DNA from: Octopus sinensis
Taxonomy: Eukaryota
Direction: 5' to 3'
Assembly: GCF_006345805.1 (NCBI RefSeq)
Contig: NC_043005.1
Span: forward strand, 36,828,001 to 36,892,000
Length of the DNA stretch: 64,000 nucleotides
Shown: positions 24,939-38,849 of the stretch, one piece after another
Layout of the letters: each line of letters opens with the position of its first letter
Numbering within the stretch: the first letter of the stretch is position 1
Made by a program: the position numbers and the translations under genes
Notes under the pieces: model-generated
Seen by the model: the letters and a program-made list of their open reading frames with translations, nothing else
Database searches by the model: none
What the model was told of the DNA's origin: nothing

Positions 24939-27900
24939 GCATTTATTATTTATTCAGAGTACTCTAAGTGAAAATTTCAGATTTCATATAAGCTATATAC
25001 TCACATGAATTTAACTGTAGATACAATTATTATTTCTAATGCCATTCTAATGGGAATAAGACGCATAACACAGATTTTAAAATGATTTTCTAAGTGTAAC
25101 TGCAAACAAATGAATGTTGACGCAACATCTTAAAAGCACTTACAGATATGTATATATTCTTACACATGTGTGTGTTGCAGGCGTAGAAATTCACAATTGT
25201 AAGCTGTTTTATACGCCTTAATGTATGTAACTTATATAAGAGTTCTTGCATAAACATATTTGCAAATGTGTCTACACGTTCGCAAGTTAATGAGTCTTCA
25301 GGTATTGTCAGTTACAGAATGAGTGCTAGGGATAATGAACTGATGAAAGAATTAAAATCTTTAATATACCTTGTCAATTCAACTTAAATTTCGTCATTGT
25401 TATTTTCTAGATGGATATGTATGGATGTGCACAATATACGTATATGCAAACACACACATCTGCTTAACATATGCATACAGACGCACATATGCTTATATAT
25501 GTATAAATTGACACATACTCTTATATACACATACATTTATAGATATATGCACAGCTCTCTCTCTCTCGCTCTCCCTATATATATATGTATATATATTATA
25601 TATTTAATATATGCATATATATACATATAAGTACATATACATACATGTATATATATATATAAACGTTATATATGTATACATACACATGCGTATAGTATAT
25701 GGACATAAATATATATGTATATATATATATATGTATATGTATACATTTACATATACGTACGTATATTATGTAGATATATATATATATATACTAAGCAATA
25801 AAGGGTTTAGCAACGAATTGCCTTACCACATACCGAATTTAGAAATAGCAGTCAAAAAGTTATAGCTATTTCTTCTACTAAAAAGGAAGATCTCAGTAAT
25901 ATATATATATATATATTCCAAAATGCAAAGTTTCTTTTCTCTTTCAATATTCTTTCCTCAAGGTAAGAACTTCTCTCCGCTATTTTCTTTAACATGCTGT
26001 GAGCAGCAGTATCGAAAATAATTAGGATATCTAACAGTAATTTTTGCTTCAAACACCAGCTTTTATGCAGCTTCTTGTAGATATCATTGTTGGTAGTTTA
26101 AATTCCATGTTGTGTTCGGGATTTTTATTGGTATTCATTGTTGTAGGCTTTGCTCCTCTTACGGTTGTGTTGCCGTTGTTTAATCTCAGCATGTATACGT
26201 ACAAGCAGACCTCGAATCAAAAATATACCAGCTGTGGTAATCTTGTCTTTTGTTTTCTAGACATGGTATTTCTAGTACTACAGTAGCTAAAGTGTTGTTC
26301 TTTCTTTTCTCAAATCAGTGAGTTGTGGCTTACATGCTATATTTAGCTGCTCGATCAAATACAGACCGGCTTTGTTTTCTTCGATGTTGTATCTGGTAGT
26401 CGTTTCTGTGTTAATTTGTCTACTAATATGGTTTAGATAATTGTTATTATTTGTTTGATATCCGTCGCTTTACTGACAGCAAGATAGCAAAATTTTAAAT
26501 TTAAATTGTTTGTCCATTTTTAAATAATGACTTCGTTGGTATCAAATATATTTTGTTTAAATACAAAGAGTCTTTGAAAGAATGAGATAGTTATTAACTT
26601 TAGCTCTAATTTCATTTTTAGAAAAATAGATGATATATTAGGCGATTTTTCGTTTGGTAAATAACTGAAAATTAAGTTGTCGTCTCTCAGCGTTGGCGTA
26701 ATGAATAATCTTCCAATACAGTTTAAATGCTAACGTTTATTTTATAAATATTTTAATTACATTCAGCAAACTCGGCATATACACAACGTACAATATTTAA
26801 CATTTACTTTGATGACTTCATAAATATCGTTCGCAGTCAAGGTTTTGTTTACATTATTATGACGACGAGTCTCTCAGGCTGATTTGAAGTAGACTTAATT
26901 GCTATTTCAAGCAAGTCGAATAACAATAAGGAGCTCTCAGATTTGTTGACATGAATATGCATATTAGTAATATTTGTGGCAGACGATGAATGTCAGAGTG
27001 AATTTACATTTAAATAATAATTTTGTCTATAATATTAACGTAATTATTTCAGTGAAATATCCCAGTCAAAACTTCTTCATACAAAAAGAAAGTGGCAAAT
27101 GATAAGCTTCACTGAATTAATAAATCCGTGAGGATTATTGTTTTCAAGACGTTTCTTTTTCACAATTGTACATCAACAAATAATTGAGTAGAAAAGACAA
27201 TGTTTACCTTGAGTAGGTAAGATTGTCTGTTTTACAGGCCAAATATTTTTGGAAAATAGTTTACCCGGCCCAAAAATAAGAAGTGCCAAGCGGTGGAAGG
27301 AATTGCATTCAATAATTCAAAACAGGTTTACAGTAGAATTGTTTTACGAATAGAATGTTTATAGTTAATCTGCTGCTATTTTCATTACTTCTCCCTTTCT
27401 TCTTCCATTCTCCACATTCTTATATTTTCCTTTGTTCTGTCAGTCTTCTGTTGTATTTGAGAGTCAAATACTTATGACGACCTTTTTCGATGACACTCAA
27501 AGAAAAATAAACTTTTGCCCGAAATTAAACAGTAACCATATTTTATTTTGTGTTTGGCTATGGGAATTCAAATAAATAAATTCAATCTCTCCAACGACGT
27601 TTTATTTCATTTCTCCGAATGAATTAGTTGAAAACCATTACCGTTTGAGGATAATGCTGGTGGACGGATAGATGATGTTATAAAAACAGCTCATACTGTG
27701 ATATAGATTAATTTCTTTATTTTGGTTTTCTTCGAAGATAGCATTACGTGTGTCTCTTTCAGACTAATATATATCTATATATACATACACACACACACAC
27801 ACACACGCACACATGTATATATATATAGATATATATATATATGTATATATATATATAAAGGAAAATGGAGACAAACGCTCAAGATGTTATTTAAGTCATT

Positions 27901-28065
27901 CATATCACCATATCACCAACATATGTTTCCATACATTCATTAAAATAAATCCAGAGAATGAATAATGTGGAACAATGCATCAGTCTCACTAGGGAGGATA
28001 TAAACAACAGTGTGCATCAATACGTCATTTTAGCAGATGCTTGAAACTACAATGTATGATATATG

Positions 28066-28107
<42 letters not shown>

Positions 28108-28191
28108 CGTATTTTTGCCATTTCAATATGGCTAACCCCTAAGGGTGGATGCTACTGTAGTTTTATATATTATATATATATATATATAATA

Positions 28192-28223
<32 letters not shown>

Positions 28224-28519
28224 TATATATATATACATATACTACATGCATATATATATTCTCATACAAATGTATACATATAAATACATACATGCACACA
28301 AATACACATGTACACGCACACATACTCACATACATATGTGGAAAGCAAAGTTGTATGAGAGACGTTAATCATTTTTAAATGATACCGTTAAGAAATTTGA
28401 CGTCAAAGGGCGAGAGAAAAAGAGAAGGAAGGAAGGAAGGAAAGAAAATTGACGGAAGAATGGAGGTATAAGCAAATAGAGAATAAATGATAGATGAAAA
28501 AAAGATGAAGGAAAGAATA

Positions 28520-29040
28520 AGCCTTTTGGATAACACTTTTACTAGTAGTCTTGTATTTTTTTTTATTTCCTTCCTGAGTAGTTTTAGGTAAAAATCCTTG
28601 TTTAAGTGATACAGGTTACCAGTTTTATCCGATTGAACAAAAAGGCCTTCCATTCTATTTATTTCGTTGGTAATATTCTGTAGATATCTTAGATGTTTAT
28701 TCATAAAGATCGAACGATGGAATTTAACATTCTTAACAATAGACCAGAAGTCCTCTTCAAACTGTTTCAAACTTGGGTTAGGAGGAGTATTATTTTTAGA
28801 TTTGAACAATTTACTAAATTCAGAATTTTGACCATTAGAGGGAGACTTGATATCCTTATTATCGAAGAAGAACACTTGTCATCTGATACGATTAATGAAA
28901 GAGTTAGTCTTATTGATGAGTTGTTTAAGGAAAAACCTTCTTTAGAGGAATAGGTATATCCTTGAGAGAGGCGTTAATAGTAAAGGTCTCCATTTGCAGT
29001 AACTATTGCGGTTGCAGGTTTTACCAATGAAAACCTGATG
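28520..29040 (-). mobile_element. Penelope-like element ORF N-terminal fragment
   Basis: ASLKDIPIP, KQLINKTNSFINRIR*QVFFF, FKSKNNTPPNPSLKQFEEDFWSIVKNVKF, QSDKTGNLY..YLKLL: motifs typical of the pre-RT region of PLEs. Confidence 0.78.
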
Positions 29041-29132
29041 CATATATATATATATATATATATATACACACCAGCGAATACACTAAGTATACACGTTAAG
29101 TATATATGGTTGATTGATTAAATATATATATA

Positions 29133-29284
29133 TTGCCAAACTAAGGTGAGAGTCCAGAGAAACCTTCGAAGGTTTATGGACGCAGATTTGTGCGTCATAT
29201 AGCTAGCTAGAGGCGATCGCCTCTCGGAGCTAATCGACAGCAGCATTCGTCCTAGTTCTCTGGACTGCCACGTTAGTCTGGCAA
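29133..29284. mobile_element. MITE with ~30-bp TIRs and TA flanks
   Basis: 29131-29161 versus reverse complement of 29256-29286 match at 27/31, including the flanking TA. Confidence 0.8.
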
Positions 29285-29346
29285 TAAATAGTAATACCAC
29301 GTACTGCTGCTGTATCTCTCATCTAGAGTGATTTAGAAATTATATT

Positions 29347-29391
<45 letters not shown>

Positions 29392-31654
29392 TGAGAGATA
29401 AAGAGAGATAGTGTGAGCGCGTGTGTGTGAATGATGGCGGTTTCAGATGTTTACCTATGGTATGCGCTGCATATTTTCCATGTATATTTACATTTCACAA
29501 TAAACTTTGGGGCTAACTTTCATTTTCGCTTCAAACATATAAGAATAAAACTTCTGCATTTACGTTTGCTTCAAGGAAATGATATCGAAAATTTTTTTAG
29601 TGGACATTATAATACTAAAAACATTCAAGGACTATTCACTTAGCAGGCTTTACAAAGAACTGAATACAGAATCCTTAATAATGCGAGAAAAAGGAAGAAT
29701 AAAAATACTTGATTCTTGGATCGAACGATCAATTCTTGCACAAAATTAGATGGAACAAAAAAGAAAACACCACATTTCGCACCAAATGGTGGATATTTAC
29801 TGACAATTACCGCCAACTTTTTACATTATTTAACTGCAAAAAAGAATTCCAAATACATTGGCAAATCTGTTTTGATGGACGACACAAATTGCTCCACCTG
29901 GAATAATTCTTGATAGTAAACACTGCTGTAGGAATAGCAACAATCAGAGCTAAAAGAACTTTCTTCTGTAGATACCAGTTTGACAGTTCAGGCACCTTCG
30001 TGTAACACTCATAATATATAAAGAACGGGTGGCTCTGGATATAGCTACTGACAAGTGGTGTGCAGTGAAGGAAAAGGAACTCCACAGAGAAGCTGCTGAA
30101 TGCAAAATCTGAAAATTCGATGGGCATGAGGACATAATTATAATAAGATTCTGAAAAAAAAAAGTTGTTGAAAATAAGAAAAATAATAATAAACGGCCCA
30201 TGCAACTGAAAACAAAGTCTTGATCGGGCTGGACATTGAAACAGGTAAAGTGTTTAAACAAATATACACCACGAGTAGAATTTTTGTAAAGATAGAGACA
30301 ATGATTTTATGCTAGGAAGAACGATGTAATATTGTTCGGGACATATATCACCTTCCACGTGAGGGAATTTTACAGGATTGGTGATTCAGGTCAATACTTT
30401 TGACAGAGTTAAAACAAATATTTTTTTTGTAAATGTATATTCCATTTAGAAATGAATTTATTTATTCTATTGGAGAATATATCTATCATTATCTATTTTT
30501 CTGATCAGAAAATTATAAACATTTATTTCATTCAATCGAAGATTTTCTCTTTGATGCCAATCTAAGACACTTCCTCCTTCCTAATTTTCTTTCTTTTACT
30601 CGTTGCCATCATTATAGAATCCTATATTGATTTCACATTGACAACACTAGATTACTGAAGAAGCTCAAATTCAGAATAATTTCTCAGTTTTCAAGAATAC
30701 ATCCGAGGATTTTCGTACTTTTGATATTGACAGAATTCTGCAGTATAAAACAGCTTTGTCTAAACTCTGAATTCGTGAAGTATTATAGATATCAGTATTC
30801 CTTTATTTGGGTTCCTTTGTACCGAAAACCTAAAGCTTATTAATTTAATCTTTTCTATTAGAATCAAGCCAACGCTTTTTATCCAAAAAAATGTCATAAT
30901 AATATTTGATTCCTCGGCTAATATTTCACTTGTCAGATGATAATAAATCTGAGTATTGTGTTTTGATAATATACTTTGTTTTTACATATAAGTTCTCCGG
31001 AATTATGGTTTCTCACACTAAGTGTCATTTACTTTAGTTTATAATGTTGACACACATTTCCCAATATAAACTTTCAACTCATTCAATAAGTTCATGTGTT
31101 TTTTATCTTATATTCCCTTACCACATAATTTAGTGAGACCTTCATTTTCTAGGTTTTTTCTACATTAATATAATATATATGAACTACTTGCCACAGAATT
31201 ATAGTAAATATGATTGTATGTCTCTGGAAATTCTTGGAAACTAGCAAGTCTTTGGAACACCACAGATGAATCAAAAGGCTAATAATGTGCTCGTAAGCGA
31301 TCTAGGTTGTTGCAGTTCCAAATTCGAGTTAGACCATGTCTAAGTTTTAGGAAGAACGACGAAATCGTCTTCTCTTTCGTTCAATATCCGTCTATCGCTG
31401 ATTTCTAAAGTTTTGTCGAATGACCGCTACAATCTGGGACAATACCAATTATCATGGATATATAAAGATCACACCACCATATTCTTACGAAAAGAAAGGG
31501 TAGCATTTGTTAAGGAAGGAAAAGTATTTTGGTGAACGAGGCTAAAAGCTCATCAGCTAATCCATGCCAAAGGAGAGACTGGGATGATGGGGAGAGAAAA
31601 GTTCTTCCTTTCTCTCAGAAAAATTAATGATAGAATGATGGGAATTTGAATCTC

Positions 31655-31899
31655 TCTTTACTCCTTTACTCTTTTACTCTTTTACTCTTTTACTTGTTTC
31701 AGTCATTTGACTGCGGCCATGCTGGAGCACCGCCTTTAGTCGAGCAAATCGACCCCGGGACTTATTCTTTGTAAGCCCAGTACTTATTCTATCGGTCTAT
31801 TTTGCCGAACCGCTAAGTGACGGGGACGTAAACACACCAGCATCAGTTGTCAAGCAACGCTAGGTGGACAAACACAGACACACAAACACACACATACAC

Positions 31900-31963
<64 letters not shown>

Positions 31964-32182
31964 CAGGGAAGCTTTATGAAAATAGACAAAAGACGAAGGC
32001 AGGTGGAAAACATATATACGACAGGCTTCTTTCAGTTTCCGTCTACCAAATCCACTCACAAGGCATTGGTCGGCCCGGGGCTATAGCAGAAGACACTTGC
32101 CCAAGATGCCACGCAGTGGGACTGAACCCAGAACCATGTGGTTGGTAAACAAGCTACTTACCACACAGCCACTCCTGCGCCT
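31655..32182 (-). mobile_element. tRNA-derived SINE family B, full length, internal microsatellite and (AAAGAGT)n tail
   Basis: Head AGGCGCAGGAGTGGCTGTGTGGTAAG..GGTTCAGTCCC; 3' end GGCGGTGCTCCAGCATGGCCGCAGTCAAATGACTGAAACAAG. Confidence 0.88.
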
Positions 32183-32404
32183 ATAATCTGTTGTAGATTC
32201 ACAAGTAATTTTAATCAAGGGAAATATTAACCGCAGATAATACGACAGTAGGTTTTAGAGGTCTCTCATTGAAAATTCCTAATCGTTTGACTTCTCTGGT
32301 TTAACTGAATGTGCTGTATCTTTACGTCGTATTTGTGGTGAATGAAGTCCATATTGTAATCACCTGCGTGATTTTCATCAGTACTCTTACTACTGCTATT
32401 AAAG

Positions 32405-32660
32405 CAGAACAAAATGCTTAGCGGCATTTTTTCCGGTTTTGCGTTCTGAGCTCAAATTCCGCCAAAGTTGGCTGTGCGTTTTATTCTCTCGATTCTGATA
32501 CAATAAGTACCCGTTTTAACTTAAAATGCTCTGCGGTACATGTTCCGGTTCGCTACAGACTGGAGAGTTCAAATCTCGCCAAAGTTAACTTTACTTTTTA
32601 TCCTTTCGGGATCGATAGAGTACCAGTCATGTACTGGGGTGAATGTAGTCGATTAGTGCC
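32405..32660 (+). mobile_element. Two partial SINE family A copies
   Basis: AAATGCTTAGCGGC..GAGCTCAAATTCCGCC and GAGTTCAAATCTCGCC..CCTTTCGGGATCGAT..GTACCAG. Confidence 0.65.
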
Positions 32661-32986
32661 AAAATTTCAAACATTCGAATAGCTCGATTGGTAAAGCATC
32701 AGACTTTTAGCGATTAAAAATAAAAAAGAAATCATTATTTTCATCATTAATGTAATTTTAGACGACGATGATGATGATGGTATTAATATTGATGTTGTTT
32801 TCTATATATTATTATTACTATTTATTATCTATTACTATTATCTGTGTGTCTATGTTTTGTTTGATATCACCCTTTCACTCGATTTAAATCCGGTTTTCCT
32901 TTGTATTTCGCCATCGTGCTGTCCCAAATGCCACAGGCCCTTGTGGCCAACGGAAGAAACTACTGCTACTACTACTACTACTACTA

Positions 32987-33023
<37 letters not shown>

Positions 33024-33237
33024 TCAATATTATTATTATTATTATTATTAATCGATTCTTATAGAGTATTGGTGTCGTAACCGGTTTAACAATATCAATA
33101 TTAATCATCATCATTATTATTATTATTATCATTAAATTTCTGCTGTTATTATTCTCCTCCCCATCATCGTCTTTGTCTCTACCACCACCATCATCATCGT
33201 GCACCAGTGCCACCACGACAACGGCAACGACCCTCAC

Positions 33238-33271
<34 letters not shown>

Positions 33272-33779
33272 TTTATCATCATCAACAACAACAACAACAA
33301 CAACAATCTATTTTTGTTAAAGAACTTTACAAAATACATTTTTGTTCTCTCAATTATATATTGTTGAAACTCATCATGCTATTCTAACGATTCCTTTATT
33401 TGTGTTCAAGTTACACAAAAGGGGCGGTGGCTCTATAATAAATGGCGTTTTGTTATGAACATTAATGGTGAATGGTGGCTGAAAGAGAATATAAATGAGA
33501 AGTAGTTGTATAAAGCAGAAATCACGGAGGCACATGATTTGTCTGTAATAAAAACAGTTACAGATTTAGTCACGCATTGCTGACTTCAAGGTCCAATGAA
33601 ATTGACTTACCTTTCCAATATATACATTGATGAAGTTCACGGTAACAATATATTAGGTGAATATGTTATGATTGTAGGAGGCGTTCTCTATGAGTGTATA
33701 ATATAATAGTAACATTATAGGAATATATGCACGTACAATCGTATACACTTTCACGCACGTATCTATTTATCTATTTATC

Positions 33780-33869
33780 TATCTATATAGCTAGCTAGCT
33801 AGCTAGTTACGTGTCTATCTTATATATATATATATAATATATATATATATATATACATATGTATGTATG

Positions 33870-33938
<69 letters not shown>

Positions 33939-34065
33939 TATATATTATATATATATATATAATATATATATATATAATATATATATATATATAGATAGAT
34001 GATAGATAGATAGATAATAGATAGATAGATAGATAGAGAAGATAGATAGATAGATAGATGGATAT
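33780..34065. repeat. (TA)n-(GATA)n compound microsatellite
   Basis: Direct reading. Confidence 0.93.
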
Positions 34066-34407
34066 ACTCATACATAATCAAATATTCTCATGTAAAGATC
34101 AATAAATAAGGCACTCCACTAAAAGATACAGAGTAATTTTTCACGATAATCATTTGTTTTTTATGTATGTAACTCTACATGAAAAGAAACAGGACACTAA
34201 TACATATATTTATTTGAATAATTGTGTTTGTGTATGTGTATGTATGTACATATTGACTAGTGTGTATGTATGTATGTATGTATGTATGTATGTATGTATG
34301 TATGTATGTATGTATGTATGTATGTATGCATGTATGTATATGTATGTACATATTGGCTTGTGTATGTGCATATTGCTTCAAGTTTCAAATTTTGAGTGTG
34401 TGTATAT

Positions 34408-34608
34408 TGGTACAAGACCAACAATTTTGGGGCAGGTGATGGGTCGATTTCATCGACTCTTCAGAGTTCAACAGGTACTTAATTTATGAACCGCCGAAAG
34501 GCTGAAAGGAAAGGTAACCTCGGCGGAATTTGAACTCAGATTATAAAGACGGAAGAAATTACAATAGGCATTTTGCTAGACGTCCAATGACTGCGAATAC
34601 ACCGCCTT
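34408..34608 (-). mobile_element. SINE family A
   Basis: CTCGGCGGAATTTGAACTCAGA and GGTACTTAATTTAT on the + strand, as at 16801. Confidence 0.75.
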
Positions 34609-34767
34609 GCTACATACGCACACACACACACAATCTTAAATATATATATATTATATATATATATATATACTATATATATATAATATATATATATATATGT
34701 TCATTTCATATATATACATATATATATATTATATATATATATATATATTCTATATAGATATATACGA

Positions 34768-34806
<39 letters not shown>

Positions 34807-35214
34807 CAAATGGCTACGGTCAGGTTGTGTGTGAAGTTGGGGTATTTCCAGAGAATCACTCGACCCGAATACTGGGCTATCAACAATGTCGGGTTCCAAG
34901 CCAAAGCCAGAATTCTTCAGGTGTAGAAGATTCAAATTTTACTTTGATTATACCGTCAAATGGGTTTAGCGAGGAGTAAATAATCCAATGAAAAGAAGCA
35001 GACAATAGAAAATTCTTTAACACATCTTTAATTATAAGTTACAAATGTTTCCGTAACATCTCCATTTTCAATGCCAGTTTACGCGGAAATTCTAAATGAA
35101 AAATCACGATATATTTGCGGTTTTAGACATATTATACAATATCTCTGCGTAACCGTGTCCGATTGTGGTACAGCGAAAGACTTATTCCAGCCAAATTTGT
35201 ATGGATCTACTGAG

Positions 35215-35345
35215 ATCGATTTCCGCTGAAGCTGACTTTGCCTATTTTTCCTTTTGGAGAATAAGTATCAGTTGAACACTGGATTCGATGCAAGTGACTT
35301 ATCGCCTCCCCCAGAATTACTGGCTTTTTGACAAAATTTGAAAGC
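35215..35345 (+). mobile_element. SINE family A, 3' part, degenerate
   Basis: GCTGACTTTGCCT..ATAAGTATCAGTTGAACACTGG. Confidence 0.55.
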
Positions 35346-35532
35346 AGTATTTATATGGATGTAATTCGTAAAAATTTCCAAGATTTACTTATCTGCTCCT
35401 CAACGTTGCTTGTATGCACCGCTAGAAAATAATTTACCTGTGTGTGTAATTAAAATATTTACTACGCAGCATACACACATACGCGTACTATCTACATATC
35501 TCGCTCTCATCTCCCTCTTTTTCTCTCTCCCG

Positions 35533-35570
<38 letters not shown>

Positions 35571-35865
35571 TTGTATATATGTATGTGTGCGTATATATGC
35601 ATACAAACAGATACACATTTCGCATCAAGTTCACCATTCTCCCACTCCTCTCTTGATATATGCATGCTTTGATATGACCCCTTAAATCCTTGATAAGGTA
35701 GTAGAGGAACTGTTGTGACATACGACGAATTTAGGAATTTTTAGGCCTAGTGGAATTATTCCCTATACGAGATTGAGCCCAGTCGATCACTTCCTGAAGA
35801 GCGAGGAAAAGAGAAAGAGTTAGAGAAAGAGAGGTACCAACTTCATTACAGGACTGGCTTTTCTT

Positions 35866-35998
35866 TTATTTATCGAACCCTAGAAGATGAAAGGCAAATT
35901 TAACCTCAACGGGATTTGAACTCAAAATGTAAAGAACCGGAAAAATACACCACAAAGCAATTTGTCGGACGCATAAATGACTGCCAACAATTTGCCTA
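35866..35998 (-). mobile_element. SINE family A, 5' part
   Basis: GATGAAAGGCAAATTTAACCTCAACGGGATTTGAACTCA. Confidence 0.7.
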
Positions 35999-36043
35999 CA
36001 TACATACATACGTAAGAATGTATATAATATATGTGTGTATAAT

Positions 36044-36091
<48 letters not shown>

Positions 36092-36409
36092 ATACATATA
36101 CCTATATTTATGTGTGTGTCTGTAACTGTAAGTGTATTATACATAACTAGAGCGTTTCCAATACAGAGCATGTTTCTAATATAAAATATTCAACTGACAC
36201 AATTAGTATATATGGCTCTACTCCTAAATATACTTAAATTTAATGCAATGACCTCCAGATTAGATTTATCATCATAAATACATTTATTTTCCATAGAGTA
36301 TTATCATTTTGTAGAAGCATGTACAAAAAAATACATACACATAGATACATATGAGCGTATACAAAGGCTATATGCTACCAACACACAAAATCTAGGTAGG
36401 CATACATAA

Positions 36410-36453
36410 ATCTCTCTCTCTCTCACTTCTCTACCTATCTATCTATCTATCTG

Positions 36454-36520
<67 letters not shown>

Positions 36521-36555
36521 GTCTAACTATCTATATATATATAATATCTAATCTA

Positions 36556-36602
<47 letters not shown>

Positions 36603-36683
36603 AACTATCTATCTGTCTAACTATCTAATATATATTTATATCTATATATCGATATCATCTATCTATCTATCTATCTACCTATC

Positions 36684-36714
<31 letters not shown>

Positions 36715-36760
36715 CTATATATATATATATATATAATATATATATATATATATCAATATG
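36410..36760. repeat. (TATC)n/(TA)n compound microsatellite
   Basis: Direct reading. Confidence 0.95.
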
Positions 36761-37043
36761 TATCTACATACACTATATATGTATATGTAACCGAATACCG
36801 CTAGTGGCTAATGGTTAGTGTACAGAAATAAATATATTCACACACAAGATCAATATGTTTAAAGTAAGATTTATAGGCTTACATTTATCACCATTATTTA
36901 CAAACATTCGAACGGTTCTCTGTTAAAATATATTCGTAGGAAATATGTGTATATCTATGTGTCTGTAAATACATGCTCATGCACTTTAATATAAAGAATT
37001 ATAAATGAGCATGTACGTCATAGATCTGAATATATATGTCTCC

Positions 37044-37093
<50 letters not shown>

Positions 37094-37166
37094 CTGTATT
37101 TTTCTATCTCTCTCTATCTGTCTATCTATCTCTCCATCTCTGTCTGTCTATCTGTCTCACTCTCTA

Positions 37167-37308
37167 AAGCTTCCTTCCCAATCACATGGTTCCGGCTTCC
37201 GTTCCACCGCGTGACACTTTGAGTAAGTGTTTTCTATTATAACCTTGGGCCGACCAAAGCCTTGTAAGTGGATTTGGTAGACGGAAACTAAAAGAAGCCC
37301 GTCGTACA
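37167..37308 (+). mobile_element. SINE family B, 5' half (split by the Tc1 insertion)
   Basis: GGGCCGACCAAAGCCTTGTAAGTGGATTTGGTAGACGGAAACT..GAAGCCCGTCGTA, homologous to 32010-32180. Confidence 0.82.
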
Positions 37309-37310
37309 TA

Positions 37311-38809
37311 CAGGAGTTGGACAAAATAATGGAAACACCTTAAAATTTCAAACAAATTTATTTTAATATGGGGTAGGACCGCCTTTGGCAGTAATTACAG
37401 CTTGAATTCTACGGGGTATGAACTCGTACAAAGTTTGAATGGTTTCCAAAGGAATTTTTGTCCATTCTTCAGCTCTTGTAGTGATGATGGTGGTGGATAT
37501 CGACTCCTTAATTATTTTTTTCTAAAATGCACTATAAATGTTCATTAACATTGAGATCTGGGGACTGTGGTAGCCAGATAAGATGTTCAACTTTCCTAGA
37601 ATGTTCCACATGCCTTTCAGTAACAACTTTTGCTGTGTGAATTGGTGCATTATCATTATCATCCTGAAAGATTGCGTTTCCCTCCGGAAACAGTTCCGCA
37701 AACATACGATGAATTTTATGAGATAAAATGCTTAAATAGTCTTAACTATTAATTCTGCCTTGAAGGGAAACCATTGGGCCGACGTATTTCCGTGATGTAA
37801 CCCCACAGATCATCACAGATCCTCCTCCATGTTTAACAGTTGAAAGAAGGCAGTCTGGGTCAAATATTTCTTCAGGCTGTTTCCACACGTATACTCGGCC
37901 GGTGGCCGGAAATACGGTAAAGGATGACTCGTCCGAGAAAATAACATTCTTCCACTGCTCTAGGAACCAATTCTGTAGGTTTTTACTCCACTCTAAACGC
38001 TTTGCAACGTTTGTTTTAGAAATTAGTGGTTTTCTGATTGCAGCCCTCCCGTGAAATCCGGCTTTGTGCAGCTCCTGGCGAACAGTTTTTATGGAAACTG
38101 AGTTCTCGAGGTGGTCATTAAGCTCTGCAGTAATTGTTGGAGCTGTACTTTTCTGATCCTCTTTAACAATTCGCGTAAGAGTCCAACGGTTCCTCTCCGA
38201 AAGTTTTGGTTTTCTTCTGGAGTTTTGTTTCGACGAGGAGGTTGTCCATCTTTCCCAAACGGTATCACTAGGATATCTGAAAAGAAACAGCAATTTTAGC
38301 AAAATATATCGAGCAACACTAATCTCTCTATATATAAACGGCAGTTTGTCTGTGCGTGTTTTGTGTCTGTTTGTTTTCTCGTACCCTCACCCTGACCACG
38401 GCTTTCAACCTTCTGATAACTTGACACAACACATAGCCCAATGTCATAAAATCAAAACTACGCAGCGAAAATTTTGAAAAGTTCCCCCAGTTCTGAAATA
38501 AATCGATAAATTCGACATGGGGTCGAGAATGAGAAACCCAAACCACAGACGTCTAGGACGCAACTCCACCTGTTTTAACTCTCAAAAAAAATTTACCATC
38601 ATTTTTTTCCATTTTTTTGCTATTTTTTGCTATAACTCTCTAAAAATGCTTTATAGTTATTTCCCTTACAAACCTGAGCAACGCCGGGCGATACTGCTAG
38701 TAATAAATAAAAAGACCTAAAAATTAAACAAGCTTTTGACGGTTTTATAGATATTTCAAAAGTATGATGCTATGATGCTAAGTGTTTCCATTATTTTGTC
38801 AAACCCTTG
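37311..38809 (-). mobile_element. Tc1-family DNA transposon with TIRs and TA target duplication; disrupted transposase
   Basis: TIRs CAGGAGTTGGACAAAATAATGGAAACAC and GTGTTTCCATTATTTTGTCAAACCCTTG, both flanked by TA; RKPLIS, VIFSDESSF, TVKHGGGSVM, QDDNDNAPIH..QSPDLNVNE. Confidence 0.93.
38323..38700 (+). mobile_element. Non-autonomous Helitron inserted in the Tc1
   Basis: 5' TCTCTCTATATATAAA; 3' GC-rich palindrome CGCCGGGCG (38682-38690) then CTAG; inserted between A and T with no target duplication. Confidence 0.82.
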
Positions 38810-38849
38810 TATATATATATATATATATATATAAGATACATAAATGTGT

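Noticed and set aside
29650-30150. Possible hAT dimerisation-domain relic (VNTAVGIATIRAKRTFF)
   Set aside because: Resemblance to IPVTSASAERSFS is too weak to support by eye.
35793-35812. CTGAAGAGCGAGGAAA as a hammerhead
   Set aside because: No stem II can form.
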